Positions 6,265 through 14,085 are shown, counted from the first letter of the stretch. The stretch is 32,000 nt of DNA from Xylanibacter ruminicola 23 (GCF_000025925.1 NC_014033.1:2370001-2402000); one strand, 5' to 3'. Translations and numbers: made by a program. Notes: generated by a model not told the origin, from the sequence alone.

Positions 6265-6366
6265 ATGAGTAAGAGAGAAACCATCAAGTTTATCGTGCAA
6301 ATGATTGCAAGTATCGCTACGGCGATAGTAACGGCGCTGGGCACGACCAGCTGCATGAGCATGTGA
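6265..6366 (+). CDS. 33-aa single-TM small protein (MSKRETIKFIVQMIASIATAIVTALGTTSCMSM), resembles the Bacteroidales 'smalltalk' small-protein family
   Basis: The ATG sits in the same ATT-ATG heptamer context as neighbouring genes. The peptide has a charged N-terminus, about 20 hydrophobic residues and a C-terminal TSC motif, and a terminator follows. Family name recalled from memory. The ORF is below the track's length cut-off. Confidence 0.5.
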   Translation: MSKRETIKFIVQMIASIATAIVTALGTTSCMSM

Positions 6367-6392
6367 ACGGAGCTGCATGAGCATGTGAACGG
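6349..6392. repeat. perfect 22-bp tandem duplication (AGCTGCATGAGCATGTGAACGG x2)
   Basis: 6349-6370 equals 6371-6392. The first copy holds the last five codons and the stop of the small ORF. Confidence 0.95.
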
Positions 6393-6395
6393 AGC

Positions 6396-6428
6396 GGCCA
6401 TCAATCAATGTGATTGGTGGCCGTTTTT
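6396..6428 (+). terminator. rho-independent terminator
   Basis: GGCCATCAATCA-ATG-TGATTGGTGGCC forms a 12-bp stem with one G-U pair, followed by GTTTTTG. Confidence 0.75.
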
Positions 6429-6513
6429 GTTTTAATCTGTAAGCAAAATAAAAGCGATTGCTTTCAGGTTGATAGTTGGAGCCAAAATGAAGATTTAAAA
6501 TTATGCCCTAATA

Positions 6514-6544
6514 TTGACTGGAAACGGGAAAATGCTTACCTTTG
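6514..6544 (+). promoter_or_regulatory. Bacteroidota promoter: TTG (6514-6516), 20 nt, TACCTTTG (6537-6544)
   Basis: Exact TTG-N20-TAnnTTTG geometry, 26 nt upstream of ATG 6571. Confidence 0.65.
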
Positions 6545-6570
6545 CAGTCCATAAAAAGGATAAGGTTTTT

Positions 6571-8166
6571 ATGGAAACAAAGTACATTTTCGTAACAGGT
6601 GGTGTGGTTTCCTCATTAGGCAAGGGAATTATATCGGCCAGCATTGGAAAGTTGCTGCAGGCACGCGGCTACAAAGTAACTATACAGAAATTCGACCCGT
6701 ACATTAACATCGACCCGGGCACGCTGAACCCCTACGAGCACGGCGAGTGCTACGTAACAGCCGACGGCTTTGAGACCGACCTGGACCTGGGACACTACGA
6801 GCGATTTACAGGCATACACACAACACGAAACAACAGCATAACAACAGGACGCATTTACAAAACGGTAATCGACCGTGAGCGTCGCGGCGACTACCTGGGT
6901 AAAACGATCCAGGTAGTGCCACATATCACAGACGAGATTAAGCACCGCATGCTGCGCGAGGGCCTTGACGAAGGCTTCGACTTTATCATTACCGAGGTGG
7001 GCGGCACCATCGGCGACATTGAGAGTGCCCCATTTATGGAGGCTATCCGACAGCTGCGTTACCAGCTGGGCCGCAATGCCGTATGCGTACACCTTACGTA
7101 TGTACCTTACTTAAAAGCCGCCGACGAGTTGAAGACCAAACCCACACAGCACAGCGTGAAGGAACTGCAGGGTATGGGTATTCAGCCCGATATCCTGGTA
7201 CTGCGCACCGAGCGCCATCTTGACGACGGCATGCGCATGAAGGTGGCATCGTTCTGCAACGTGGATCTGGAGTGCGTGGTGCAGAGCGAGGACCTGCCCA
7301 GCATTTACGAGGTGCCCGTGAACATGCAGCACCAGGGACTTGACGCAGCCATTATGCGTAAGATTGGTATTCCCGTAGGCGAGACACCTGCCATGAAGCC
7401 CTGGCGCGATTTCCTTGACAAGCAGCGCCGTGCCACCAACGAGGTACACATCGGACTGGTAGGAAAATACGACCTGCAGGATGCTTACAAGAGTATTCGC
7501 GAGAGCCTGAATCTGGCTGGTATCTACAACGATGTGAAGGTAAAAATGCACTTTGTGAACAGCGAGGAGATTACCAAAGCCAATGTGGCCGAGAAGCTGA
7601 AGGGTCTGGCTGGAATCGTGGTTTGTCCGGGATTCGGACAGCGCGGTATCGAGGGTAAGATCATTGCCGCCGAATACACCCGCACCAACGATATCCCCAC
7701 ATTCGGTATCTGCTTGGGTATGCAGATGATGGTGATTGAGTTTGCCCGCAACGTGCTGGGCTACAAGGATGCCAACAGCATGGAGATGGACGAGAACACG
7801 CCACACAACGTGATAGACATTATGGAGGAGCAGAAGAATATTACCGAGATGGGCGGCACCATGCGCCTGGGCGCTTACGAGTGTGAGCTGGTAAAGGGCA
7901 GCCGCGTGTACGAGGCCTACGGCGAGGAGACACTCATCAAGGAGCGCCACCGCCACCGCTACGAGTTTAACAACAAGTACCAGGAGGAGTACGAGGCCAA
8001 GGGCATGAAGTGCGTAGGTATCAACCCCGATGCCAACCTGGTAGAAATCGTAGAGATACCCGAGAAGCGCTGGTACATCGGTACCCAGTTCCACCCCGAA
8101 TACTCATCTACGGTACTGAACCCACACCCACTGTTTATGAGCTTCATTGCAGAATGCAAACATTAA
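6571..8166 (+). CDS. pyrG: CTP synthase (glutamine-hydrolysing)
   Basis: METKYIFVTGGVVSSLGKGI... is the canonical PyrG N-terminus, with GATase motifs GICLGMQ and HRHRYE. Start moved from 6514 to 6571 because the promoter lies inside the longer ORF. Confidence 0.95.
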   Translation: METKYIFVTGGVVSSLGKGIISASIGKLLQARGYKVTIQKFDPYINIDPGTLNPYEHGECYVTADGFETDLDLGHYERFTGIHTTRNNSITTGRIYKTVIDRERRGDYLGKTIQVVPHITDEIKHRMLREGLDEGFDFIITEVGGTIGDIESAPFMEAIRQLRYQLGRNAVCVHLTYVPYLKAADELKTKPTQHSVKELQGMGIQPDILVLRTERHLDDGMRMKVASFCNVDLECVVQSEDLPSIYEVPVNMQHQGLDAAIMRKIGIPVGETPAMKPWRDFLDKQRRATNEVHIGLVGKYDLQDAYKSIRESLNLAGIYNDVKVKMHFVNSEEITKANVAEKLKGLAGIVVCPGFGQRGIEGKIIAAEYTRTNDIPTFGICLGMQMMVIEFARNVLGYKDANSMEMDENTPHNVIDIMEEQKNITEMGGTMRLGAYECELVKGSRVYEAYGEETLIKERHRHRYEFNNKYQEEYEAKGMKCVGINPDANLVEIVEIPEKRWYIGTQFHPEYSSTVLNPHPLFMSFIAECKH

Positions 8167-8206
8167 ACATTAAAGATTAAACATTAAACATTAAAGAGTA
8201 AACATT
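8158..8206. repeat. tandem heptamer array, 7 units (AAACATT x2, AAAGATT, AAACATT x2, AAAGAGT, AAACATT)
   Basis: Read directly. The first units encode K-H-stop of pyrG, and the array ends 1 nt before ATG 8208. Confidence 0.95.
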
Positions 8207-8207
8207 A

Positions 8208-9956
8208 ATGGAGCAACTGAAGCATGAGTGCGGAGTGGCGATGATTCGCCTACTGAAGCCGCTGGATTACTACGAGAAGAAATACGGTACCTGGGCCTAT
8301 GGTTTTAACAAGCTGTACCTGATGATGGAGAAACAGCACAACCGCGGACAGGAGGGCGCCGGTATAGCCAGCGTAAACCTGAACAACAAGCCCGGCACCG
8401 AGTATATGTTCCGCGAAAAGGCGGAGGGCAAGAATGCCATTACCGAGATATTCAGTCGCGTTACCGAGGAGATGAAGGGCGAGCTGTTGATGGGCCACCT
8501 GCGCTACTCGACTACCGGCAAGAGCGGACTGACGTTTGTTCACCCCTTCCTTCGCCGAAACAACTGGCGCGCCAAGAACCTGTGCCTTTGCGGTAACTTT
8601 AACATGACCAACATCGACGAGGTGTTCGACTTCCTGACCGCCCAGGGACAGAGTCCACGTATCTACGGCGACTCGTACATCACCCTGGAACTGATGGGAC
8701 ACCGACTGGACCGCGAGGTGGAGCGCCTGTATCAGGAGGCCACCGCACAGGGTCTGACGGGCATCGACATTACCAACTATATCGACAACCACATTGAGAT
8801 GGCCAACGTACTGCGCACCACCATGCAGCACTACGACGGCGGTTTTGTGATGTGCGGACTCACGGGTAGTGGCGAGATGTTCAGCGTGCGCGACCCCTGG
8901 GGCATACGACCCGCCTTCTACTACCGCGACGACGAGATTATAGCCCTGGCCAGCGAGCGCCCCGTGCTGCAAACCACATTTGATATTGATAGTAACGACG
9001 TGCATGAGCTGCTGCCAGGTCAGGCACTGATAGTACATAAAAACGGCGAAAGCCGACTGGAGCAGATTATGCCTGCCCAGAAACTGAGCGCCTGCTCGTT
9101 CGAGCGCATCTACTTTAGTCGCGGTTCCGACTGCGACATCTACCAGGAGCGCAAACGACTGGGCGAACAGCTGACTCAACCCATCTTAAAGGCCATCGAC
9201 GGCGATGTAACCCATTCAGTTTTTTCCTATATCCCTAACACCGCCGAGGTGGCCTTTTATGGGATGACAGACGGATTCCGTAAGCTGCACGGCGACGTGC
9301 GTACCGAGAAGGTGGTGTGGAAGGATATTAAACTGCGCACCTTTATTACCGACAACAGCGAGCGCAACGATCTGGCTGCCCACGTTTACGACATCAGCTA
9401 CGGCAGCTTGCAGGCCGGTGTGGATAACCTGGTGATTATCGACGACTCGATTGTGCGCGGCACCACCCTGAAGGAGAGCATCTTTAAGATTCTGGACCGT
9501 CTGCACCCCAAGAAGATTGTGATGGTATCGAGCTCGCCACAGATCCGTTACCCCGACTACTATGGTATCGACATGGCCCGACTGGAGGAGTTCTGCGCCT
9601 TCCGTGCCACCATGGCCCTGATTGAGGAGCGCGGCATGTGGCAGCTGGTAAACGACACTTACCTGGCCTGCAAACGCGAGCTGGAGAAACCCAAGGAGGA
9701 GATGCAAAACTGCGTGCGCGCCGTGTACGAGCCGTTTACAGTAGATGAGATTAATAAGAAAATTGTTGAGATGTTGCGACCAGCCGACATGCAGGCACCC
9801 ATCGAACTGGTTTTCCAGAGTATCGAGGGCCTGCACAAGGCTTGCCCCAACCACCCAGGCGACTGGTACTTTACAGGCCACTACCCCACTCCGGGTGGCG
9901 TAAGACTGGTAAACCAGGCGTTTATAAACTATGTAGACAAGGTAACAAAAAAATAG
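8208..9956 (+). CDS. purF: class II glutamine amidotransferase / amidophosphoribosyltransferase, long Bacteroidales form (582 aa)
   Basis: A short propeptide (MEQLKHE) precedes the catalytic Cys in CGVAMI, followed by NRGQEGAGIA. The PRTase motif is VIIDDSIVRGTTLK. Confidence 0.8.
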   Translation: MEQLKHECGVAMIRLLKPLDYYEKKYGTWAYGFNKLYLMMEKQHNRGQEGAGIASVNLNNKPGTEYMFREKAEGKNAITEIFSRVTEEMKGELLMGHLRYSTTGKSGLTFVHPFLRRNNWRAKNLCLCGNFNMTNIDEVFDFLTAQGQSPRIYGDSYITLELMGHRLDREVERLYQEATAQGLTGIDITNYIDNHIEMANVLRTTMQHYDGGFVMCGLTGSGEMFSVRDPWGIRPAFYYRDDEIIALASERPVLQTTFDIDSNDVHELLPGQALIVHKNGESRLEQIMPAQKLSACSFERIYFSRGSDCDIYQERKRLGEQLTQPILKAIDGDVTHSVFSYIPNTAEVAFYGMTDGFRKLHGDVRTEKVVWKDIKLRTFITDNSERNDLAAHVYDISYGSLQAGVDNLVIIDDSIVRGTTLKESIFKILDRLHPKKIVMVSSSPQIRYPDYYGIDMARLEEFCAFRATMALIEERGMWQLVNDTYLACKRELEKPKEEMQNCVRAVYEPFTVDEINKKIVEMLRPADMQAPIELVFQSIEGLHKACPNHPGDWYFTGHYPTPGGVRLVNQAFINYVDKVTKK

Positions 9957-9981
9957 GTTCCGATTGGAACCTATTTTTTTC
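9946..9981. terminator. bidirectional rho-independent terminator between purF-like and dapL
   Basis: AAAAAAA-TAGGTTCC-GATT-GGAACCTA-TTTTTTT; the TAG stop of the upstream gene lies in the stem. Confidence 0.8.
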
Positions 9982-9986
9982 GTTCT

Positions 9987-11219
9987 TTACTTCTTTAACC
10001 AGTTCTCGATGCGGTGCAGCGCCTCGTCGGTTTGTTCGTGACTGCCGAAGGCCGTGAATCGTACGTAACCTTCGCCCGATGGACCGAAGCCCACACCTGG
10101 CGTACAAACCACATGGGCACCGTACAGCATCTCTTCGAAGAACTTCCAAGAACTTGAGGTTTCGGGGGTCTTAGCCCAGATGTAAGGGGCATTCTCGCCA
10201 CCGTAACACTCAAAGCCTAAGCCACGCAGGGTGGTAAGCATCTTCTTGGCATTTTGCATGTAGTAGTTGATAGTTTCCTTAACCTGCTGCTTACCCTCGG
10301 GGGTATAGATGGCCTCGGCAGCACGCTGCGAAATGTAGCTGGTACCATTAAACTTGGTACACTGGCGACGGTTCCACAGGGGGTTAAGAGGGATGCGCTC
10401 GCCATCGAGCGTGGCAGCCGTAACCTCCTTAGGCACGATGGTGTAGCCGCAGCGCACACCGGTAAAGCCTGCCGTCTTGGAGTACGAATGGAACTCGATA
10501 GCGCACTTGCGGGCACCACGAATCTCGTAGATGCTATGAGGAATCTCATCGTCCTGGATGTAAGCCTGATAAGCAGCATCGTAGAAGATGAGGGTATCGT
10601 TCTTAAGCGCGTAGTTTACCCACTTGCGCAGCTCGGCCTTAGAGATAACGGTACCTGTGGGGTTGTTAGGATAGCACAGGTAGATCACATCAACGCGGCG
10701 GTCGGGCAGCTGGGGTACAAAACCGTTCTCGGCATTACAAGGCATATACAGCACATTAGACCAACGACCATTCTCCTGAACTCCCGCACGACCAATCATC
10801 ACGTTCGAATCGATGTAAACAGGATAGATAGGATCGGTAACGCCGATAGAGTTATCCCAGCGCACCAGTTCCTGAATGTTACCCGTATCGCTCTTGGCTC
10901 CATCGTTGATAAACACCTCGTCGCGATCCAGATGGATACCACGTGGCAGGAAATCGTTCTTCAAGATAGCATCGCGCAAGAAATCGTAGCCCTGCTCAGG
11001 TCCGTAGCCACGGAACCCTTGACGGGTGGCCATTTCGTCGGCAGCCTTGTGGATAGCCTCGATAACGGCTGGTGCCAGTGGTTGCGTTACATCGCCTATG
11101 CCCAGTGAGATGACATCCACCTTGGGATGCATGGCCTTAAAGGCGTTTACCTTTTTTGCAATGTCGGCGAACAGATAATTGTTCGGCAGCTTCAAGAAGT
11201 GGTCGTTTACTAATGCCAT
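9987..11219 (-). CDS. dapL: LL-diaminopimelate aminotransferase
   Basis: MALVNDHFLKLPNNYLFADIAKKV...ISLGIGDVTQPL is the characteristic DapL N-terminus. The size is 410 aa and SYSKTAGFTG carries the PLP lysine. Confidence 0.9.
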   Translation of the reverse strand: MALVNDHFLKLPNNYLFADIAKKVNAFKAMHPKVDVISLGIGDVTQPLAPAVIEAIHKAADEMATRQGFRGYGPEQGYDFLRDAILKNDFLPRGIHLDRDEVFINDGAKSDTGNIQELVRWDNSIGVTDPIYPVYIDSNVMIGRAGVQENGRWSNVLYMPCNAENGFVPQLPDRRVDVIYLCYPNNPTGTVISKAELRKWVNYALKNDTLIFYDAAYQAYIQDDEIPHSIYEIRGARKCAIEFHSYSKTAGFTGVRCGYTIVPKEVTAATLDGERIPLNPLWNRRQCTKFNGTSYISQRAAEAIYTPEGKQQVKETINYYMQNAKKMLTTLRGLGFECYGGENAPYIWAKTPETSSSWKFFEEMLYGAHVVCTPGVGFGPSGEGYVRFTAFGSHEQTDEALHRIENWLKK

Positions 11220-11247
11220 ATAATATAAACCTATTTAATTTCGGGTG

Positions 11248-11278
11248 CAAAGGTAGCACTTTTTGGAAGAAAATTCAA
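11248..11278 (-). promoter_or_regulatory. Bacteroidota promoter (minus): TTG, 20 nt, TACCTTTG
   Basis: Exact geometry, 28 nt upstream of the dapL ATG at 11219. Confidence 0.65.
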
Positions 11279-11456
11279 AAAATACTTAGCATAATCACCT
11301 TCGATTTAATGAAAAGTAACAATTTGTAAGCATTAATAGTTGTTTTGCTTACAATTTAAAAGTAAAACACTGTTAACGCTAACAAAAAGATAACGACACA
11401 AAATCTTTTATAACAAAATGAAACAAAAAGCACTTGTTTTACTTACAAAATGCATT

Positions 11457-11464
11457 AACTTTGC
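11457..11464 (+). promoter_or_regulatory. Bacteroidota -7 box TAACTTTG for the glnK operon
   Basis: TAnnTTTG match with TTG 19 nt upstream. No further -7 box was found before asnB. Confidence 0.55.
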
Positions 11465-11473
11465 ACCCAAGAA

Positions 11474-11488
11474 ATGACAAAGTGTCAT
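11474..11488. promoter_or_regulatory. perfect 6-3-6 palindrome ATGACA-AAG-TGTCAT just downstream of the glnK promoter
   Basis: Read directly. It is positioned at about +3 to +20 of the predicted transcript. Confidence 0.45.
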
Positions 11489-11533
11489 CAATTTAACAAT
11501 TTATTATAATAATTAGGTAAAAGTTTAAGAGGT

Positions 11534-11881
11534 ATGAAAAAGATTGAAGCGATTATCCGAAAGACTAAGTTCGAGGAGGTGAAAGCTGCTTTGCTATCAT
11601 CCGACATCGACTGGTTTGAGTACCACGACGTTCACGGCATTGGTCAGAGCCGTCAGGAGCGCATCTATCGTGGTGTACAGTACAGTACCGACGTGATCGA
11701 GCGTGTGGCCATCACCATTGTGTGCCGCGACATATTCCTCGATCCAACCGTAAAGGTTATTCTGCAGGTAGCTCACACAGGTGAAATCGGCGACGGTCGT
11801 ATCTTTGTAAGCGATGTGATTGACACTTGGAGCATTCGCACAGGCGAGAACGGCGACACCGTATTGAGAGATAAGAAATAG
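11534..11881 (+). CDS. glnK: P-II nitrogen regulatory protein
   Basis: MKKIEAIIRKTKFEEVK..., a T-loop-like IYRGVQY and GDGRIFV are present. The gene lies directly upstream of amtB. Confidence 0.9.
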   Translation: MKKIEAIIRKTKFEEVKAALLSSDIDWFEYHDVHGIGQSRQERIYRGVQYSTDVIERVAITIVCRDIFLDPTVKVILQVAHTGEIGDGRIFVSDVIDTWSIRTGENGDTVLRDKK

Positions 11882-11883
11882 TT

Positions 11884-11953
11884 CAATATTAAACATTAAA
11901 CATTAAACATTAAACATTAAATATTGAACATTAAAAATTAAACATTAAACATT
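11884..11953. repeat. tandem heptamer array, 10 units (CAATATT, AAACATT x4, AAATATT, GAACATT, AAAAATT, AAACATT x2)
   Basis: Read directly. It fills the glnK-amtB spacer and is followed by TTCAGGATT and then ATG. Confidence 0.95.
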
Positions 11954-11962
11954 TTCAGGATT

Positions 11963-13219
11963 ATGAACGAAATTGGAATTTCACTCGATACCGTATGGAT
12001 GCTATTGGCAGCTATGTTGGTTTTCTGGATGCAGCCAGGTTTTGCGCTGTGTGAAGCTGGATTTACACGCAGTAAGAACACCGCTAACATCCTGATGAAG
12101 AACTTTGTAGATTTTATGTTCGGCTCGCTGCTGTTCTTCTTCCTTGGCTTCGGCTTTATGTTTGGTGGCGACGTGCTGGGCGGTTTTATCGGTATGCCTA
12201 ACTGGGGCGACCTGAGCTTTTACGAGAGCGACCTGCCTGTAGAGGGTTTCCTGATTTTCGAAACCGTATTCTGTGCCACTGCCGCAACCATCGTTAGTGG
12301 TGCTATGGCCGAGCGCACAAAGTTCTCGATGTATCTGGTTTACAGTGCAGTTATCTCACTGATTATCTACCCTGTAGAGGGTCACTGGACATGGGGTGGC
12401 GGCTGGCTTTGCAACGATGCTGCCGATAGCTTTATGATGACTACCTTTGGTGATGTGTTCCACGACTTTGCCGGTTCGGCTATCGTACACAGCGTAGGTG
12501 GTGTGCTGGCCCTGGTAGGTGCTATCGCCCTTGGTCCCCGTGTAGGCAAGTATGATGAGGACGGTAAGAGCCGCGCTATTCCTGGTCACAACCTGGCCAT
12601 GGCTGCTCTGGGCGTATTCATCCTGTGGTTGGGATGGTTCGGATTCAACCCCGGTTCACAGCTGGCTGCCAGCGGCGAGGTTAACCGCATTGCCATCAGC
12701 CACGTATTCCTTACCACTAACCTGGCTGCTGTAGCAGGTGGAACTGCTACCATGTTCCTTACCTATATCAAGTATGGCAAACCATCACTCTCACTCACCC
12801 TTAACGGTGTGCTGGCAGGATTGGTTGGTATCACCGCCGGTTGCGACCTGGTATCACCCTTCGGCGCAGTTATCATCGGTCTTGTTTGCGGTATCGTACT
12901 GGTTTACGCCATCGAGTTTATCGATCACAAGCTGCACATCGACGACCCTGTAGGTGCTTCGTCAGTACACGGTGTTTGCGGTATCCTGGGTACCCTGATG
13001 ACCGGTCTGCTGTCAACCTCAAACGGTGCTTTCTACGGTCACGGTTTCGGTTTCTTCGGTGCTGAGCTGTTCGGTGTTCTGGTTATCGACCTCTGGGCTG
13101 CTGCCTGTGGTGTAGTATTGTTCTACAGCATTAAGAAGATTCACGGTCTGCGCGTTAGCAAGCGTATCGAGGAAGAGGGCTTGGATATCTACGAGCACGG
13201 AGAAATGTGCTATAACTGA
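11963..13219 (+). CDS. amtB: ammonium transporter
   Basis: FWMQPGFALCEAG, AIVHSVGG and GVHGVCG are Amt-family signatures. The protein has about 11 TM segments. Confidence 0.95.
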   Translation: MNEIGISLDTVWMLLAAMLVFWMQPGFALCEAGFTRSKNTANILMKNFVDFMFGSLLFFFLGFGFMFGGDVLGGFIGMPNWGDLSFYESDLPVEGFLIFETVFCATAATIVSGAMAERTKFSMYLVYSAVISLIIYPVEGHWTWGGGWLCNDAADSFMMTTFGDVFHDFAGSAIVHSVGGVLALVGAIALGPRVGKYDEDGKSRAIPGHNLAMAALGVFILWLGWFGFNPGSQLAASGEVNRIAISHVFLTTNLAAVAGGTATMFLTYIKYGKPSLSLTLNGVLAGLVGITAGCDLVSPFGAVIIGLVCGIVLVYAIEFIDHKLHIDDPVGASSVHGVCGILGTLMTGLLSTSNGAFYGHGFGFFGAELFGVLVIDLWAAACGVVLFYSIKKIHGLRVSKRIEEEGLDIYEHGEMCYN

Positions 13220-13289
13220 TTGAAGATTGAAAATTGAAAATTAAAGAGAGAGATTTTACCATTAGTTAAAAATTAAAAGTGAACGAATT
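13220..13289. repeat. 70-nt (10 x 7) A/T-rich spacer starting with TTGAAGA TTGAAAA TTGAAAA TTAAAGA, degenerating toward the start codon
   Basis: Read directly. It begins right after the amtB TGA and ends at ATG 13290 (…GAATT ATG). Confidence 0.8.
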
Positions 13290-14027
13290 ATGAAAAAGAT
13301 TGTTTTAATGGCGCTTATGTTCGCCGCAGGAATGGGTGCTTCGGCACAGGATGAAGTTGAAAGGCTACGGGTAGGCGAGCGCAGCTCGGGAATGACAACA
13401 GTAGCTGCAGATGTAGTAAGCTCGTATATCTGGCGTGGCCAGGATTGCGGAAGTGCAGCCATCCAGCCTACACTGGGCATTGGCTACAAAGGCCTCTCGC
13501 TCACAGCATGGGGCAGCTACGGACTGGTTGACACCAACGATGCCAAGGAGTTCGACCTGACACTGGCCTACACTGCAGGTGGTTTCAACATCGGCTTGAC
13601 CGACTACTGGTTCAACGCCGGACTGGATCCTGAGGGTCGCTACTTTAAGTACGATGCCCATGGCACCAACCATATCTTCGAGGCAAACATCGGTTACGAC
13701 TTTGGTGCCGCCAGCATCCAGTGGTTTACCAACCTCTCGGGTAACGACGGTGTAAACAAGGATGGTAAGCGTGCCTACAGTTCGTACGTAGAGCTGGGCG
13801 TGCCCTTCAAAGTAGCCGCAGTAGATTGGAGCGCAACCGTAGGTGCTGTGCCTTACGCCACCAGTTTCTATGGTACCGATGGCTTTGCCATCACCAACCT
13901 GGCACTCAAAGCTACAAAGGATATTAAAGTAACCGATTCGTTTAGCATCCCAGTGTTCGCCCAGGTGGCTGCTAACCCCTGTGCCCAAAAGGCATACTTC
14001 GTCTTTGGATTCACGCTTCAGCCGTGA
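13290..14027 (+). CDS. outer-membrane beta-barrel protein, TorF/Gcw_chp-like putative porin (245 aa)
   Basis: Signal peptide MKKIVLMALMFAAGMGASAQ. The motif SSYIWRGQDCG..AIQPTLGIGYKGLSLTAWGSYG resembles the (S/D)Y.(F/W)RG...A.QP motif. Alternating beta-strand pattern with a C-terminal aromatic (…FGFTLQP). Confidence 0.55.
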   Translation: MKKIVLMALMFAAGMGASAQDEVERLRVGERSSGMTTVAADVVSSYIWRGQDCGSAAIQPTLGIGYKGLSLTAWGSYGLVDTNDAKEFDLTLAYTAGGFNIGLTDYWFNAGLDPEGRYFKYDAHGTNHIFEANIGYDFGAASIQWFTNLSGNDGVNKDGKRAYSSYVELGVPFKVAAVDWSATVGAVPYATSFYGTDGFAITNLALKATKDIKVTDSFSIPVFAQVAANPCAQKAYFVFGFTLQP

Positions 14028-14085
14028 GTCCAAGGACTCTTTTAAAAAAGCAAACATTCAAACAACTATAAAAAAATAAAATATT

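Noticed and set aside
1-6430. Calling the left block a defined mobile element or genomic island.
   Set aside because: The TA modules, the repeat field and the variable-looking lipoprotein are suggestive. However, no integrase, transposase, tRNA attachment site or terminal repeats are visible in the window, so no boundaries can be supported.
6514-6570. The ORF-track N-terminal extensions of pyrG (start 6514), the permease (18990), tolC (TTG 29525), the response regulator (29679), the antitoxin (TTG 983) and the toxin (1239).
   Set aside because: For pyrG, the permease, tolC, the regulator and the antitoxin, a TTG-N20-TAnnTTTG promoter lies inside or downstream of the extension, and the shorter start gives the canonical family N-terminus or an ATT-ATG context. 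For the toxin, ATG 1263 gives the typical short translationally coupled overlap with the antitoxin stop.
7111-8094. Long antisense ORFs lie inside recognised genes: 327 aa opposite pyrG here, and also 8250-9179 and 9216-9881 opposite purF, 10254-11108 opposite dapL, 13365-14057 opposite the porin, 14236-14973 and 15064-15600 opposite asnB, 5574-6110 opposite the HU gene, and 17035-17577, 17926-18720, 20704-21336 and 26296-26763 opposite permeases.
   Set aside because: They are shadow ORFs, as expected from GC-rich third codon positions on the true coding strand. Their translations are low-complexity (rich in L, V, H, G and A), they lack promoter boxes or a sensible start context, and every one fully overlaps a gene with clear family motifs.
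14026-14043. The hairpin GAGTC-CAAG-GACTC plus TTTT after the porin gene could be a full terminator separating asnB.
   Set aside because: The stem is only 5 bp, overlaps the stop codon, and no promoter box follows before asnB. At most it is a weak attenuator, and it is mentioned within the operon finding instead.
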